Below are positions 10,786 to 21,795 of a stretch of DNA of 64,000 nucleotides, piece by piece. The stretch spans positions 201,060 to 265,059 of the forward strand of contig OX638380.1 in the NCBI GenBank assembly GCA_951813855.1. The letters run 5' to 3'. The notes under the pieces are model-generated. The model did not search any database. It saw only the letters and a list, made by a program, of their open reading frames with translations, and was not told the origin of the DNA. A program made the position numbers and the translations under genes. Source of the stretch: an uncultured Verrucomicrobiae bacterium. GTDB taxonomy: Bacteria; Verrucomicrobiota; Verrucomicrobiia; Limisphaerales; AAA164-E04. Positions within the stretch are counted from its first letter, which is position 1. The number at the start of each line of letters is the position of its first letter.

Positions 10786-11802
10786 CTCGGTGGACATGGA
10801 GCTGTTGACGAGAACCACGCCCGCCGTGCCGTTCGGAGCCAAGTGGTGGTGAATGTGCTGGAGCCAAGCGTAGTTGGCGTTGTCCACAGGAGGCGCACCG
10901 AATATCCAACGCGCATCCTCTCGCAGCCGGTTGCCGCCCCAATCCGAAACGTTGAACGGTGGATTGGCCAGAATGTAGTTGGCCTTGAGGTCCGAAAGCT
11001 CGATCTTGTGGAAACTACCCTCGTTGTTCCATCGAATATCGGCGTCAATTCCGCGTACCGCGAGGTTCATCTTGGCGAGGCGCCAAGTCGTGTAGTTACT
11101 CTCCTGGCCGTAGATGGCGAAGTCTCCAATGCGACCGCCGTGTTCCTCGACGAACTTCTCGGATTGGACGAACATGCCGCCAGAGCCACAGCACGGGTCA
11201 TAGACGCGTCCCTTGTAGGGTTCCAGCATCTCGACCAGCAGACGGACGATAGACCGGGGGGTGTAGAACTCACCGCCTCGCTTGCCCTCGGCCCCGGCGA
11301 AGCCTCCGAGAAAATACTCGTACACCCGCCCAAGTATGTCGCGGGAGCGGTCGGCCTTCTCGGCCATGCCAATTCCGCTCACCAAGTTGATCAGCTCCCC
11401 AAGCATGATCTTGTCGAGTGCCGGGCAGACATAGTTCTTGGGGATGATACCCTTTAGCGAGGGATTTTTGGCCTCGATGGCCCGCATGGCGTTGTCAATG
11501 TCCTTGCCGATAGACGACTGTTTGGCCTTGCCTTGCAAACGAGACCAGCGTGCTGCCTTGGGAACCCAGAAGACATTCTCGGCGAGGTACTCTTCAGGGG
11601 CTTCTGCATCGGCCAGATCGTCCTTGAGCAATTCTGCCCGCTTGGCTTCGAAGGCGTCCGAGATGTACTTGAGGAAGATCAGTCCGAGGGCAACATGCTT
11701 GTAGTCGGAGGGTTCCATGTTGCCGCGTAGCTTGTCTGCCACGGTCCATAGCTGGGCTTCGAACCCGAGATTGGCTCCGTTGTTCTTCGCCTTTTTTGCC
11801 AT
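10786..11802 (-). pseudogene. hsdM: Type I R-M methyltransferase subunit M, 3'-truncated by ISAs1
   Basis: [27 protein letters not shown] and ANPPFN motifs. The frame runs into the IS end after [12 protein letters not shown]. Confidence 0.93.
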
Positions 11803-12176
11803 GTTATCCTTGATCCATATGCTCCGACGGAGAAGCAGTTTTACCAGTCGGCTGCAGGAATTTCACGGTCAATCTGACCGATATCTTTCGGGCAGGTTGA
11901 TAGTCCGCAGAATGCGTTGTCGTCCGAATATGAGTAGCGGCTGCTCGAAATATCAATATCAAAGAGGAATACGCGGCCAGGACGGCTGAGGAGAAACTCA
12001 AGTTAGGGCCAAGACCTGCGGCATGCGGTCAAATCCGACCAGATACCACAGGCGAAGTCAGATAGCAGAGAAACTCGACATTTTCTCGGAATCCGCCCGC
12101 TTTCCGGGAGACGATTATGCCAAATATTCCTGCGATCAGGTCTGACTATTCATCACCTTTACGCATGACGTAATTC

Positions 12177-13767
12177 GCTTGTGTCCCATTTGGAGCCTCC
12201 GGGAATCGAAAGATTTCGAGTGATCGGTCTCCTCCATGGACTTTCGGCAGATTGGGATCATCGCCCAATCAGGGAAGAAATATTGGAGCTGAACGATCCG
12301 AACCAACCGAGACCAGATCCTCCCGAGTTGGAGGGTGATCCGAATCTACTCCGGGAAATGATACGCCAACAGGTGTAACAGATCATGGAAGAGGAAATCG
12401 CAGCCTTGATCGGGGCGGCATTAGGCGAAAATAATCCCGAACGCGCCACGTGGCAAGAGTTTCGCCAACGCCCGATCAAGGACGACTGGATGTTTCTCTG
12501 GATCGACGCCACCTAATTGAAAGTCCGTCTCGACGGACACGTCCGGTCAGTCGCCGTATTGATCGCATTGGGAGTCGATTCGGAACGACGCCGCGAGGTG
12601 TTGGGGTAGGATGTCGTTTCCAGCGAATCCCAGCAAAGCTGGTCCGAGTTCTTCCGATCTTTGCCGAACCGCAGTTTGAAACCAGTAAGGCTGATCATCT
12701 CCGACGAACACGAAGGCATCAAGGCCGCGATCGACGCGGCGATGCCTTCGCAGCGACAACGTTGCCGAGTGCCTTTCATTCGGAACTTGCTGGCGCCTGT
12801 CCCCCGGAGCGATCAAGCCCGAGTCGCCGAACTGGTCCGATCCGCTTTCCGAACGAACGAGGCCGAAACAGCTTGGGAACCGTCCGAAACCCCGGCGAGT
12901 CCCGCCTCTTCCGAGGCGAATCAACCAAGCGAAATCCCGTGCCGTTGGCAACAGGTGGCCGCTCAATCGGCAGCTCAATATCCCCAAGTCTCGAAAACGA
13001 TGATCCAAGTCCAAAACGATGTCTTGGCGTCTCAGAAGTTTTCCCTCGTTTGGCAGAACCAATTTCACAGCACCAATTCAATCGAACGACCCAACCGGGA
13101 AATCAAGCGGCGCACAGATGCCGTAGGCGTCTTTCCTGACGTCGACTTGATCCTTCGCCTCGTGGGTGCCTTGATCTGGTAGCAAAACCGCCCGTTGCAG
13201 AACGAGAAAAACTACTTGGATTCCGGGGCAATCCGACAAATCGTCGCCGGCGATTGATCGTTCGCCACAGACGGAGGGTTAGCCCCCGTCAATCGGAAGG
13301 TCGCCGAGATAGCTCCGCACTTTCGGGTTTTTTTCCTTGGGAGGCGTGTTTTCAGGAACTTTTTTTCCCAAATAGCTGTTTTCAATTAGCATCAAGAGCT
13401 ATGGGGCGCTTTGTGGAGTTGGCCATCGCCACGCATCGAAGTGTCCCCTGTCGGCCGTCACGCGATCCGGAGTTGGATGGGTCCCCGCCGGATCGCGGCG
13501 AAGAACCCCCAGAGTATCTCTCCTGACCTCTGCAGAGTCGCTTTCTTGACCCATCCCGGGAAACGCGGGACCAAGGGTTGTAGGCAAGCTCTGAACAAAA
13601 TGAGTGCCGCGCCCGCAGATCGTTACCCCTAGCCTGGATTTCGGTTTGCTGCTTCGGAATCCCGACGCGGACTGGGATGACAATCGTGGTGATCCAGACT
13701 CTGCTGAGGAGCCCGGACTGAGCTGCTCTGCCGAAGGGTTAGTTGCATCACTACCGGGAATTCATTC
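12177..13767 (+). mobile_element. Internally deleted derivative of the two-transposase IS256 element
   Basis: Starts GCTTGTGTCCCATTT. It joins the N-terminus of transposase A to the C-terminal part of transposase B at about 12453 (ISDEHEG, QRCRV, STNSIER), contains several stops, and ends in a degenerate IR. Confidence 0.88.
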
Positions 13768-14153
13768 GAAGCGATTGTTGTTGGGCGAGATTCGCACCCG
13801 CTGGATGGATGTGGCTTTTCACAGCGCACGAAAGCAACGCCTTTTAGACATCCGAAAATACTGAATCGACCTTTCTGACTACCGGCGCTTCCTCTTTGCC
13901 AGTTCGGTCTGGGAAGGGATTGTTTGACCGATAACCGCACCGGTTTCGTTCCCTAATTGGCGGGAACCGTTTTCCATCGGCTACCGCAGCCAATCAAGGA
14001 GGAATATTCGAAAAAGATTTTCCGGCGGATCGAACTACTCCACTTGGCACTGAAAAAACGATTGTGGGGCAGGGAACGCTGGCGTGAAAAAATCTTGATT
14101 GACAATGCGACCGGCATTGCAAACGGCCAATCTTTTCGTTAAATTGGCGGTAT

Positions 14154-17003
14154 ATGTATCCCGGAAAATCAGGGGTCTGCGGAAGGGTCAAGGCGCGAGT
14201 TCGGCAAATTGTTTTACCGCTCGGAATATACGTCCTGTTCGGCGCCGGGACGTACGCGTTCGCCGAACCGGATACGAAAGTTCTCGAAACGAAACCGGCA
14301 GCGAATTCAGCGGCCGAACGGTTGTTTGCCCATCATATCAAACCGCTCCTCAATTCTCGTTGTCTGCCTTGCCATGGCGCACCGGGTAAAAAAATCAGAG
14401 GAAATCTCGATCTCGGTTCGATAGCTGCTGTTTTGAAGGGAGGCGATTCGGGTGCCGCCTTGATCCCGGGCGACGCCGAAAGAAGCCTGATCGTTCGAGC
14501 CGTTGGCTGGCAAGATCCAGATCTTCAAATGCCCCCCAAGGAAAACGACCGGCTTGCTCCGGAACAGATCCAGTGGCTCGAGAAATGGATCAATGCAGGT
14601 GCGCCTTGGCCGGAAGGCCGAAGGCTCCAAGAACTGTTATCTCAGACATCGCCGTCCGATGCCGATCGCCAGGCCGTGCCGATCAAGACTAGCGGTGGAC
14701 TCAACGAGGCTTGGACCCGGCGCCGCTATCCGGTCGGCGACCTCTGGTCTTGGCGGCCGGTGACCGCCCCAGTCCCCCCTGCCGACGGCCACCCCATCGA
14801 CGCCTTTATCGATCGAAAACTGAACCGGCTTCAACTACCCCCTGCCCCCACCGCCGGACGCGCCACGCTGATTCGTCGCGCCACTTACAATTTAACCGGA
14901 CTGCCGCCCACCCCGGAAGCTACTGAGCAATATCTGAACGATCCTCGAACCGATTCGAAGGCATTGGCTCAAATGATCGAACGACTGCTGGCCAGCCCGC
15001 ATTACGGCGAACATTGGGGCCGTCATTGGTTAGACGTCGTGCGTTATGCCGATACTGCCGGGTTCTCGAACGATTTCGACCGCGGCAACGCCTGGCGTTA
15101 CCGCGACTACGTGATCCGATCCTTCAATCGAGACAAACCTTGGAGTCAGTTCGTACGCGAACAAATCGCCGGCGACGAGTTGGACTCGGCTAATTCCGAA
15201 TACCTGATAGCCGTCGGCTTTCTGCGCATGGGGCCTTGGGAACTGACGGGCATGGAGGTTCCGGCGATCGCCCGGCAACAATTCCTGGACGACGCCGTCA
15301 ATTCCATCGGCCAGAGTTTTCTGGGTCACACCTTGCGGTGCGTCAAGTGTCACGATCACAAATTCGATCCCATCCCCACTCGCGACTATTACCGGCTCTA
15401 CGCGACTCTAAACTCGACGCAATTCGCGGAACGTTCGGCTCCCTTTTTACCCGACGAAAACCTCGGCGGTTTCGAAGAACGACGCTATATCCTGCAACGG
15501 GAACGACGCACCCAGGAACGGTTGAAAGAACTCGAGGCGATCCCGATCAAAGCGGTCGCCGCTTGGTTCCAAGAGCGCGACCTCCCTTACCGCACCCGGG
15601 AAGAAGCCCTGAAAGACGGATTCAAACCGGAAGACCTTCCGACCAGGCGGTACGGTTTTTCCGTGGAAGAATTCGGGGTGGAACGCATGTCGCGAAAGAC
15701 CCTCGCCCGGCTGAATTGGGAAAAGGAACGTTACTTGCCGATAGCGTTTTCCGTCTACAACGGCCCCACCCCTCAACTGAAACGCTACAGTAGTCCTCAA
15801 CGACTACCCCAGGATTTGCGGCAAAACGGTCCCGCGGAAACCGGTCACATTCTCACCGGCGGCGATGTCTTTTCGACCGGCGATCCGGTTGCCTACGGAG
15901 CGTTAAGCGCCCTGAACGAGTTGAACCCGAAGCTGAACGGCATCCCCTTCCCTGAGGCCGTCAGCGGCCGCCGCGCCGCTTTGGCCGATTGGGTCGCCGA
16001 TCCGGGCAATCCGTTAACTTACCGGTCCATCGTCAATCGCATCTGGCAATGGCATTTCGGGATCCCGCTCGCCGGCAATCCCAACAACCTGGGAGCGACC
16101 GGCAAAAAGCCGACTCATCCCGAACTGTTGGATTGGCTAACCGCCTATTTTCTGGAATCCGGCGGTTCGATCAAGGCGATGCATCGGCTGATCATGACCT
16201 CTGAAACTTGGCGGCGCGAATCCCGTTACGCCGATGAGCGGCTACTGGACGACCGGGATCCGGATCGCACCAGCTACGCCTCGTTTCGCCCCCGGCGACT
16301 GACCGCCGAGGAACTTCTCGACAGCATGCTAGCGGTCAGCGGCGAACTCAACCGAATGATCGGCGGAATTCCCGTCCGGCCAGAAATCAACCTGGAGGTC
16401 GCCCTCCAACCGCGTATGGTTATGGGTACTTTTGCGACCGCCTGGCAACCGAACCCCTTGCCCAGCCAGCGTCACCGGCGCTCCGTCTACGCGCTCAAAG
16501 CGAGAGGCCTGAGAAATCCTTTCATGGAAGTGTTCGACGAACCAGATCCCAATCTTTCCTGCGAGGCGCGCAACGCGTCCAGCATCGCTCCTCAAGTGTT
16601 CAGTTTATTCAACAGCCAAGCCACGCACGATCGCGCCGTCGCCTTCGCCCTCCGGCTGCAAAAGGAAACCGCCGGCATCGATGAAGCGATCGGACTCGCC
16701 TTCAGCTTGGCGTTTAACCGGTCTCCGGACGCTTTCGAAATCCAGGCTTGCCAGGATCATTTCCGGGACATGCGCGAGCGCCACCGGCACCTCACCATTC
16801 CCAAACCGGAGTATCCGACCTCGATCGTCCGGGAAGCCGTCGAAGAAAACACCGGCGAAAAATTCCGTTTCGTCGAACAACTGGATTTTCTGGAGGATTT
16901 CGTTCCGGACGTAAAAGCCGCCGACGTCGACCTGGACACCAGAGCGTTGGCAGAAATCTGTTTAACCCTGTTCAACAGCAACGAATTCGCCTATATTTAT
17001 TGA
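14154..17003 (+). CDS. Planctomycete cytochrome c / DUF1549 (PSCyt2) / DUF1553 (PSD1) domain protein
   Basis: CLPCH and CVKCHDHKFDPI heme motifs, HPIDAFI, HYGEHWGRHWLDVVRYADT, PTHPELLDWL. Confidence 0.93.
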   Translation: MYPGKSGVCGRVKARVRQIVLPLGIYVLFGAGTYAFAEPDTKVLETKPAANSAAERLFAHHIKPLLNSRCLPCHGAPGKKIRGNLDLGSIAAVLKGGDSGAALIPGDAERSLIVRAVGWQDPDLQMPPKENDRLAPEQIQWLEKWINAGAPWPEGRRLQELLSQTSPSDADRQAVPIKTSGGLNEAWTRRRYPVGDLWSWRPVTAPVPPADGHPIDAFIDRKLNRLQLPPAPTAGRATLIRRATYNLTGLPPTPEATEQYLNDPRTDSKALAQMIERLLASPHYGEHWGRHWLDVVRYADTAGFSNDFDRGNAWRYRDYVIRSFNRDKPWSQFVREQIAGDELDSANSEYLIAVGFLRMGPWELTGMEVPAIARQQFLDDAVNSIGQSFLGHTLRCVKCHDHKFDPIPTRDYYRLYATLNSTQFAERSAPFLPDENLGGFEERRYILQRERRTQERLKELEAIPIKAVAAWFQERDLPYRTREEALKDGFKPEDLPTRRYGFSVEEFGVERMSRKTLARLNWEKERYLPIAFSVYNGPTPQLKRYSSPQRLPQDLRQNGPAETGHILTGGDVFSTGDPVAYGALSALNELNPKLNGIPFPEAVSGRRAALADWVADPGNPLTYRSIVNRIWQWHFGIPLAGNPNNLGATGKKPTHPELLDWLTAYFLESGGSIKAMHRLIMTSETWRRESRYADERLLDDRDPDRTSYASFRPRRLTAEELLDSMLAVSGELNRMIGGIPVRPEINLEVALQPRMVMGTFATAWQPNPLPSQRHRRSVYALKARGLRNPFMEVFDEPDPNLSCEARNASSIAPQVFSLFNSQATHDRAVAFALRLQKETAGIDEAIGLAFSLAFNRSPDAFEIQACQDHFRDMRERHRHLTIPKPEYPTSIVREAVEENTGEKFRFVEQLDFLEDFVPDVKAADVDLDTRALAEICLTLFNSNEFAYIY

Positions 17004-17010
17004 CGGAATC

Positions 17011-18438
17011 ATGCCTGCTCGATCGCCAAATCTTCCTCGTCTCGAACCGGAAGACGGAGTTCTTCCCCGAAGAAACTTCCTGTACGGTTTAGGAGCCAGT
17101 CTGGGCAGTATAGCTTTTTCTTCGTTGCTGGCCGAGGCCGGTTCCCGACCTTCGGAAGCGCGCCCTGGCCATCTCCCCGCCAAGGCCAAACGATGCATTT
17201 TTTTGGTGATGGAGGGCGGCCCCAGCCACATCGATACCTTCGATCCCAAACCCAAATTATCCGAGCTTCACTTGCAGCGGTTTCAACGCCACGGCAAACG
17301 CCAATCCGCGATGGAAAGCGGGCTGCGCTATTTCGTCCGTAGCCCGTTCGCCTTCGGACGTTACGGTCGAAGCGGAGCCAGCATGGGAACCAACTGGCCC
17401 CAGTTGCAGACCGTCGCCGACGAGTTATGTTTCTATCGCGGCTGCCAGGTGGATTCCGTCAATCATCCGACCGCGCAGTTCCAACTCAATACCGGCAATC
17501 AGTTCGGCGGCGACCCGGCCATCGGCTCCTGGATCACCTACGGGTTGGGCACCCTCAACCAAAACCTGCCCGGGTACATCGTCTTGCCGGAATCCGCCTA
17601 TCCCCAAGGCGGCGCGGCCAACTGGACCAACGGTTTTCTGCCGGCCAATCATCAGGGAGTTCCCTTGCGTCCCCACGGCAGTCCCCTGCTCGATCTGAAA
17701 CCCCCGGCCGGGGTCACTCCCGAACATCAACAATCCAATCTCGATTTGCTCAAGCGGTTGAACGAACGGCACCTGCGACGGCATCCCCGACATCAAGAAC
17801 TGGCCGCCCGCATGGATAATTACGAATTAGCTTTCCGCATGCAGTCGGAGGTTCCCGAACTGCTCGATCTCTCGCAGGAAAGTCCACAAGTCCTGGAAAT
17901 GTACGGCGTCGGCCGGCAACCGACCGACGATTTCGGCCGCAAATGCCTGCTGGCTCGCCGGTTGGTGGAACAAGGCGTTCGCTTCGTGCAGTGTTTCCAC
18001 GCCACCTGGGATTCTCACGATTACCTCCAACGTGCCCATAGCGCCTTGATTTCCCAAGTGGATCAGCCGATCGCGGCGCTGATCCGCGACCTGAAACTAC
18101 GCGGTCTGCTCGAAGATACGCTGGTGGTCTGGTGCGGGGAATTCGGCCGCTCTCCGGACAACGGCATGCGGGGCGGCGTCGCCTACGGGCGCGACCATAA
18201 TCCCGACGCCATGACCATCTGGTTTGCGGGAGGAGGAGTCAACGCCGGTCACACGATCGGAGCCACTGACGAAACCGGTGCCGAGGCCGTCGAAGAGGTC
18301 CACCACATTCGCGACGTTCACGTCACTCTGCTTCGCTTGCTGGGCCTGGACGATAACCGCCTCACCTTCTTTCACGGCGGACGCTTCAAGCAGCTCTCCC
18401 AATTCGGAGGCGAAGTCATCGATTCCCTGATCGCCTGA
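17011..18438 (+). CDS. DUF1501 family protein (Tat-type signal, alkaline-phosphatase/sulfatase-like)
   Basis: RRNFL, GGPSHIDTFDPKP, CLLARRLVEQGVRFVQ, GEFGRSP, GRDHNP. It is the usual partner of PSD1 genes. Confidence 0.93.
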   Translation: MPARSPNLPRLEPEDGVLPRRNFLYGLGASLGSIAFSSLLAEAGSRPSEARPGHLPAKAKRCIFLVMEGGPSHIDTFDPKPKLSELHLQRFQRHGKRQSAMESGLRYFVRSPFAFGRYGRSGASMGTNWPQLQTVADELCFYRGCQVDSVNHPTAQFQLNTGNQFGGDPAIGSWITYGLGTLNQNLPGYIVLPESAYPQGGAANWTNGFLPANHQGVPLRPHGSPLLDLKPPAGVTPEHQQSNLDLLKRLNERHLRRHPRHQELAARMDNYELAFRMQSEVPELLDLSQESPQVLEMYGVGRQPTDDFGRKCLLARRLVEQGVRFVQCFHATWDSHDYLQRAHSALISQVDQPIAALIRDLKLRGLLEDTLVVWCGEFGRSPDNGMRGGVAYGRDHNPDAMTIWFAGGGVNAGHTIGATDETGAEAVEEVHHIRDVHVTLLRLLGLDDNRLTFFHGGRFKQLSQFGGEVIDSLIA

Positions 18439-18483
18439 CTTGCCTTTGTCCCGGCGGAGGAGCCGGAGCATCCGCGTCGGCGG

Positions 18484-19383
18484 TTATTTCTCCGGGGGGC
18501 CGTAACCGGCTGCGGGCTGGCCTTCGGCGGTCAGGCGTCCCGTGGCCCAAAGCAGGCCTCGAGTCACCAAATCCAGATAGCGGGGATCGGCCACCGTCTC
18601 GGTATAATGCCCCAAGGTGGTGGAAAACACTCGGGTCTTGTTGGCTCCGTATTCGTTGATCCAGGTAATCACGTAATCGTCGGTCCGCTCTTGGCCTCCC
18701 CTTAGTTTCACCACTTGCTTGCCGGAAGCCAACACCGTAGCCGTATCCAGGATCTTCACGTTGTTATAAAGCTCTTCGCGCAAAGTCCGCCAATTCGGCA
18801 ATCCCTTGACGATCGGATGCTCCGGCAGAGTATAACGAATATCGATCGGTTCCTTGGGGCCATGCCCGCTGGATTGAAGTCCCAGATATTCGAACCACAG
18901 GCTATGAGGCGTGCCCAACACCAACGGTTGCCGGGGATTGCCGATGCGATAGGAATGCATGGCGCAATGCAGATTCACCCCCGGCACGCCGTCACGATGG
19001 GGTTTGAGGACGCTGCGGACTACAGCCTCGTCGGAAATGCCAGCCCCGCATTCGTCGTGAATAACCAAATCATACCCTTGGGCGTAATCTGGATTGCCGA
19101 GAATCGCCAAGGGCGGTTTCGTGCTCCGGTCGTCGGTGTGAACCTGAGCTACGATAACGTTTGCCCGAGCTTCCAGGCCTTGCTTCAACACGTCTTTCTG
19201 ACTGCCGTAATCATGGCAACAACCGCCGGTAATCAACAGGGCCTTAATTGGTTCGGCTGCCTCGAGGGTGCCCGCGACGGCCGGTGCCAGGAACGCCATC
19301 GCGACCCAAGCCCGCCAATACCCGTACCAACTGGAATTCATCCGTTCTTTGTAACCGACCCCGGCGGGACAGGCAATCTTCAT
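18484..19383 (-). CDS. ThuA-like domain protein, secreted
   Basis: Signal peptide, ALLITGGCCHDY, LHCAMHSYR, EELY, RVFSTTLGH. The true start may be the second Met. Confidence 0.85.
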   Translation of the reverse strand: MKIACPAGVGYKERMNSSWYGYWRAWVAMAFLAPAVAGTLEAAEPIKALLITGGCCHDYGSQKDVLKQGLEARANVIVAQVHTDDRSTKPPLAILGNPDYAQGYDLVIHDECGAGISDEAVVRSVLKPHRDGVPGVNLHCAMHSYRIGNPRQPLVLGTPHSLWFEYLGLQSSGHGPKEPIDIRYTLPEHPIVKGLPNWRTLREELYNNVKILDTATVLASGKQVVKLRGGQERTDDYVITWINEYGANKTRVFSTTLGHYTETVADPRYLDLVTRGLLWATGRLTAEGQPAAGYGPPEK

Positions 19384-19549
19384 ATTCGCGCCGTCGGCCG
19401 CGGTTCGTGCGCCGCCGCGACCGCGAGGTCATAAATGAAGGCTTTCGTTTTCGGAACGAATAACCTATCATACCTCCGTTTTCACCAGGTTTCAGGCGTG
19501 CCGCCGGTAAACCGCCTTTAGTCGGAAGACGCATCGTATCCCGGATCCC

Positions 19550-20659
19550 ATGAGCAAATACTTTCCCCTCTTAATCGGAATGGCCTGTTTGACCGTCGCT
19601 CAAGAATCGAAACCCCAAGCCGACGCGAAATCATTCAGCGATGTCGAACTCTACACCCTGAAGAATCAAAACGGCGTAACCGTCAAGATCACCAATTACG
19701 GAGCGATCGTCACCGCCATATCCGTGCCGGACCGTCAAGGCCGGTTCGCCGACGTCGCCCTCGGCTACGACAGCCTGTCGGAATACCTCAACGCCGTCGA
19801 CAAACCATACTTCGGCGCCATTGTCGGCCGCTACGGCAATCGCATCGCCAAAGGAAAATTCACGATCGACGGCCAAACCTATTCACTGGCGACCAACAAC
19901 GGGCCCAACCATCTGCACGGCGGTAATTTTGGGTTCGATAAAGTCGTCTGGCGAGCTCATCACGAACCCGGCAAAAACCAGGTTAAACTCAGTTATCAAG
20001 CTCGGGATCAGGAAGAAGGCTATCCCGGCAATCTCGACGTCACGGTCATCTACCGGTTGTCGGAACGCAACGCGCTCACCGTCGAATACTACGCAACCAC
20101 GGACAAAGCCACCCCGGTCAATCTCACTCAGCACACCTACTTCAATCTCAAAGGAGAAGGTAACGGCGATATTCTGGATCATGAGCTGCAACTCAACGCC
20201 TCCCATTATACTCCGGTCGACGCGACCCTGATTCCCACAGGCGTCATCGCTCCGGTCAAAGGCACTCCCCTGGATTTCACGACCTCCAAACCCATCGGTC
20301 GAGACATTGCGGAGAACCACCGGCAACTCGAATATGGAGCGGGCTTCGACCACAACTGGGTCATCGACGGCGTCGCGAAAACCGGCGACTTGCGGTTAGC
20401 CGCCACCGTACACGAACTGACCAGCGGACGAGTGCTCAGAGTGCTGACGGACCAGCCTGGAATCCAATTCTACTGCGGCAATTTCTTGGACGGCCGATTA
20501 ATCGGAAAATCCCGCCGCCCGTATCAACACCGGGGAGGGTTCTGCCTGGAAACTCAACATTATCCCGATAGTCCGAATCAGCCCAACTTCCCTTCCAGCA
20601 CCTTGCGCCCCGGCGAAAAATATCGCACGACCACGGTTTTCGAATTCGACGTTCGCTGA
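19550..20659 (+). CDS. galM: Aldose 1-epimerase (galactose mutarotase)
   Basis: GRYGNRIA, NHLHGG, EEGYPG, NLTQHTYFNL, GFDHN, CLETQHYPDSPN. Confidence 0.95.
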   Translation: MSKYFPLLIGMACLTVAQESKPQADAKSFSDVELYTLKNQNGVTVKITNYGAIVTAISVPDRQGRFADVALGYDSLSEYLNAVDKPYFGAIVGRYGNRIAKGKFTIDGQTYSLATNNGPNHLHGGNFGFDKVVWRAHHEPGKNQVKLSYQARDQEEGYPGNLDVTVIYRLSERNALTVEYYATTDKATPVNLTQHTYFNLKGEGNGDILDHELQLNASHYTPVDATLIPTGVIAPVKGTPLDFTTSKPIGRDIAENHRQLEYGAGFDHNWVIDGVAKTGDLRLAATVHELTSGRVLRVLTDQPGIQFYCGNFLDGRLIGKSRRPYQHRGGFCLETQHYPDSPNQPNFPSSTLRPGEKYRTTTVFEFDVR

Positions 20660-21147
20660 ATCGGCCCCCAAATGGATCGGCAACGGCCAGCCGGCCGGCG
20701 GTAACCTTTGGAACTTTTCTCGCGTGATCGCGCTCGAACCGGAGTTAACCGAATCGGTTTGTTCCCAACGCCAGTCGACCGAACGCTTTCCATTAATCCC
20801 GTCGGGAATGACCTGAACCCGTGCGCTTTCGCCAGACGGACCGCCGAAGGCGTTTCACGAAAAACGAGCTGGAACCGAAAACGTTCGACCGGCTTCGTTC
20901 CCTGAAAGCCAGGGGCGATGCCATGCCTAAGCCTACAGCCCCTTCTCCCAGCTCGGAATCAAGATCGACAGTTTAAAGCATCGGCGACAGGTCTCATTTT
21001 CCGGTCGGCAAGGCGAAAGCCGCCGAATCAGGCCCAAAACCTGCGGCTCACAACTAATCGTCGACTAATTTGGTGGGGCGACGCCAAACGATAAGCTGGC
21101 GAACGGAAGGCCGGCTCAGCTACTTTGGGAATAGATCAGAATTTACC

Positions 21148-21795
21148 TCAAACTTGAGAAGTGCGCTTTGGTTTTGATTTCGGAGTCGATTCCGCCATAA
21201 TTTCTGCGGTCTCCAAGGAGGCGGCGGTTGACGCGGAAGGACGGGCCGGTGATTCCGGTAATCTGCGAAGTTGCATATACCCAAATAACACCATCACCCC
21301 GGCAATAACACCTCCGATGGTTATGTTAATGATGCGAACTGATTGCAGTTCGTCGTAGATTCTAGTAACGGTATTCTCGAATCTAAATTCGAAGCTTTTG
21401 AGTCTCCTATCATTAGCCGCCATGTAATCGTCAAACCTAGTGTTGAAAGCCTCGGTTTGAGCGTCCAACCTAGCGTTGAAAGCCTTGGTTTGAGCGTCTA
21501 ATTTTGCGTCGAAAACCTTGGTTTGAGCATCTAACTTAGCGTCGAAAGCCTCGGTTTGAGCGTCTAACTTAGCGTCGAGTCTGGCTTCCGAAGCTTTGAT
21601 CTGCTCGTCAATACGAGTGTTGACCGCCACAAATCCAGAATCCATCCTAGACTCCAGACGCTCCAACGCCGAAATTACGAGATCATAAAAAAGTCTGTCG
21701 CCCGACTCCGGGGAACGGGTATCCTGGCCATGGAGAGTGTCGCTGAAAATTAGGAGCGTAACTACGTATATCAGGATCGCAAATATATTTCTCAC
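21148..21795 (-). CDS. Membrane-anchored coiled-coil protein with 11-aa tandem repeats (DUF1640/Bdr-like architecture)
   Basis: N-terminal hydrophobic signal, (F/L)DAKLDAQT(E/K)A repeats and a C-terminal TM helix. GC is lower than in the flanking genes. Confidence 0.7.
   Translation of the reverse strand: MRNIFAILIYVVTLLIFSDTLHGQDTRSPESGDRLFYDLVISALERLESRMDSGFVAVNTRIDEQIKASEARLDAKLDAQTEAFDAKLDAQTKVFDAKLDAQTKAFNARLDAQTEAFNTRFDDYMAANDRRLKSFEFRFENTVTRIYDELQSVRIINITIGGVIAGVMVLFGYMQLRRLPESPARPSASTAASLETAEIMAESTPKSKPKRTSQV
21428..21578. repeat. 33-bp tandem repeat, about 4.5 units
   Basis: Units such as GCGTCTAACTTAGCGTCGAAAGCCTCGGTTTGA recur with period 33. Confidence 0.92.

Noticed and set aside
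21428-21578. 33-bp repeat as a CRISPR array
   Set aside because: The units are contiguous with no spacers, in frame within a CDS, and there are no cas genes.
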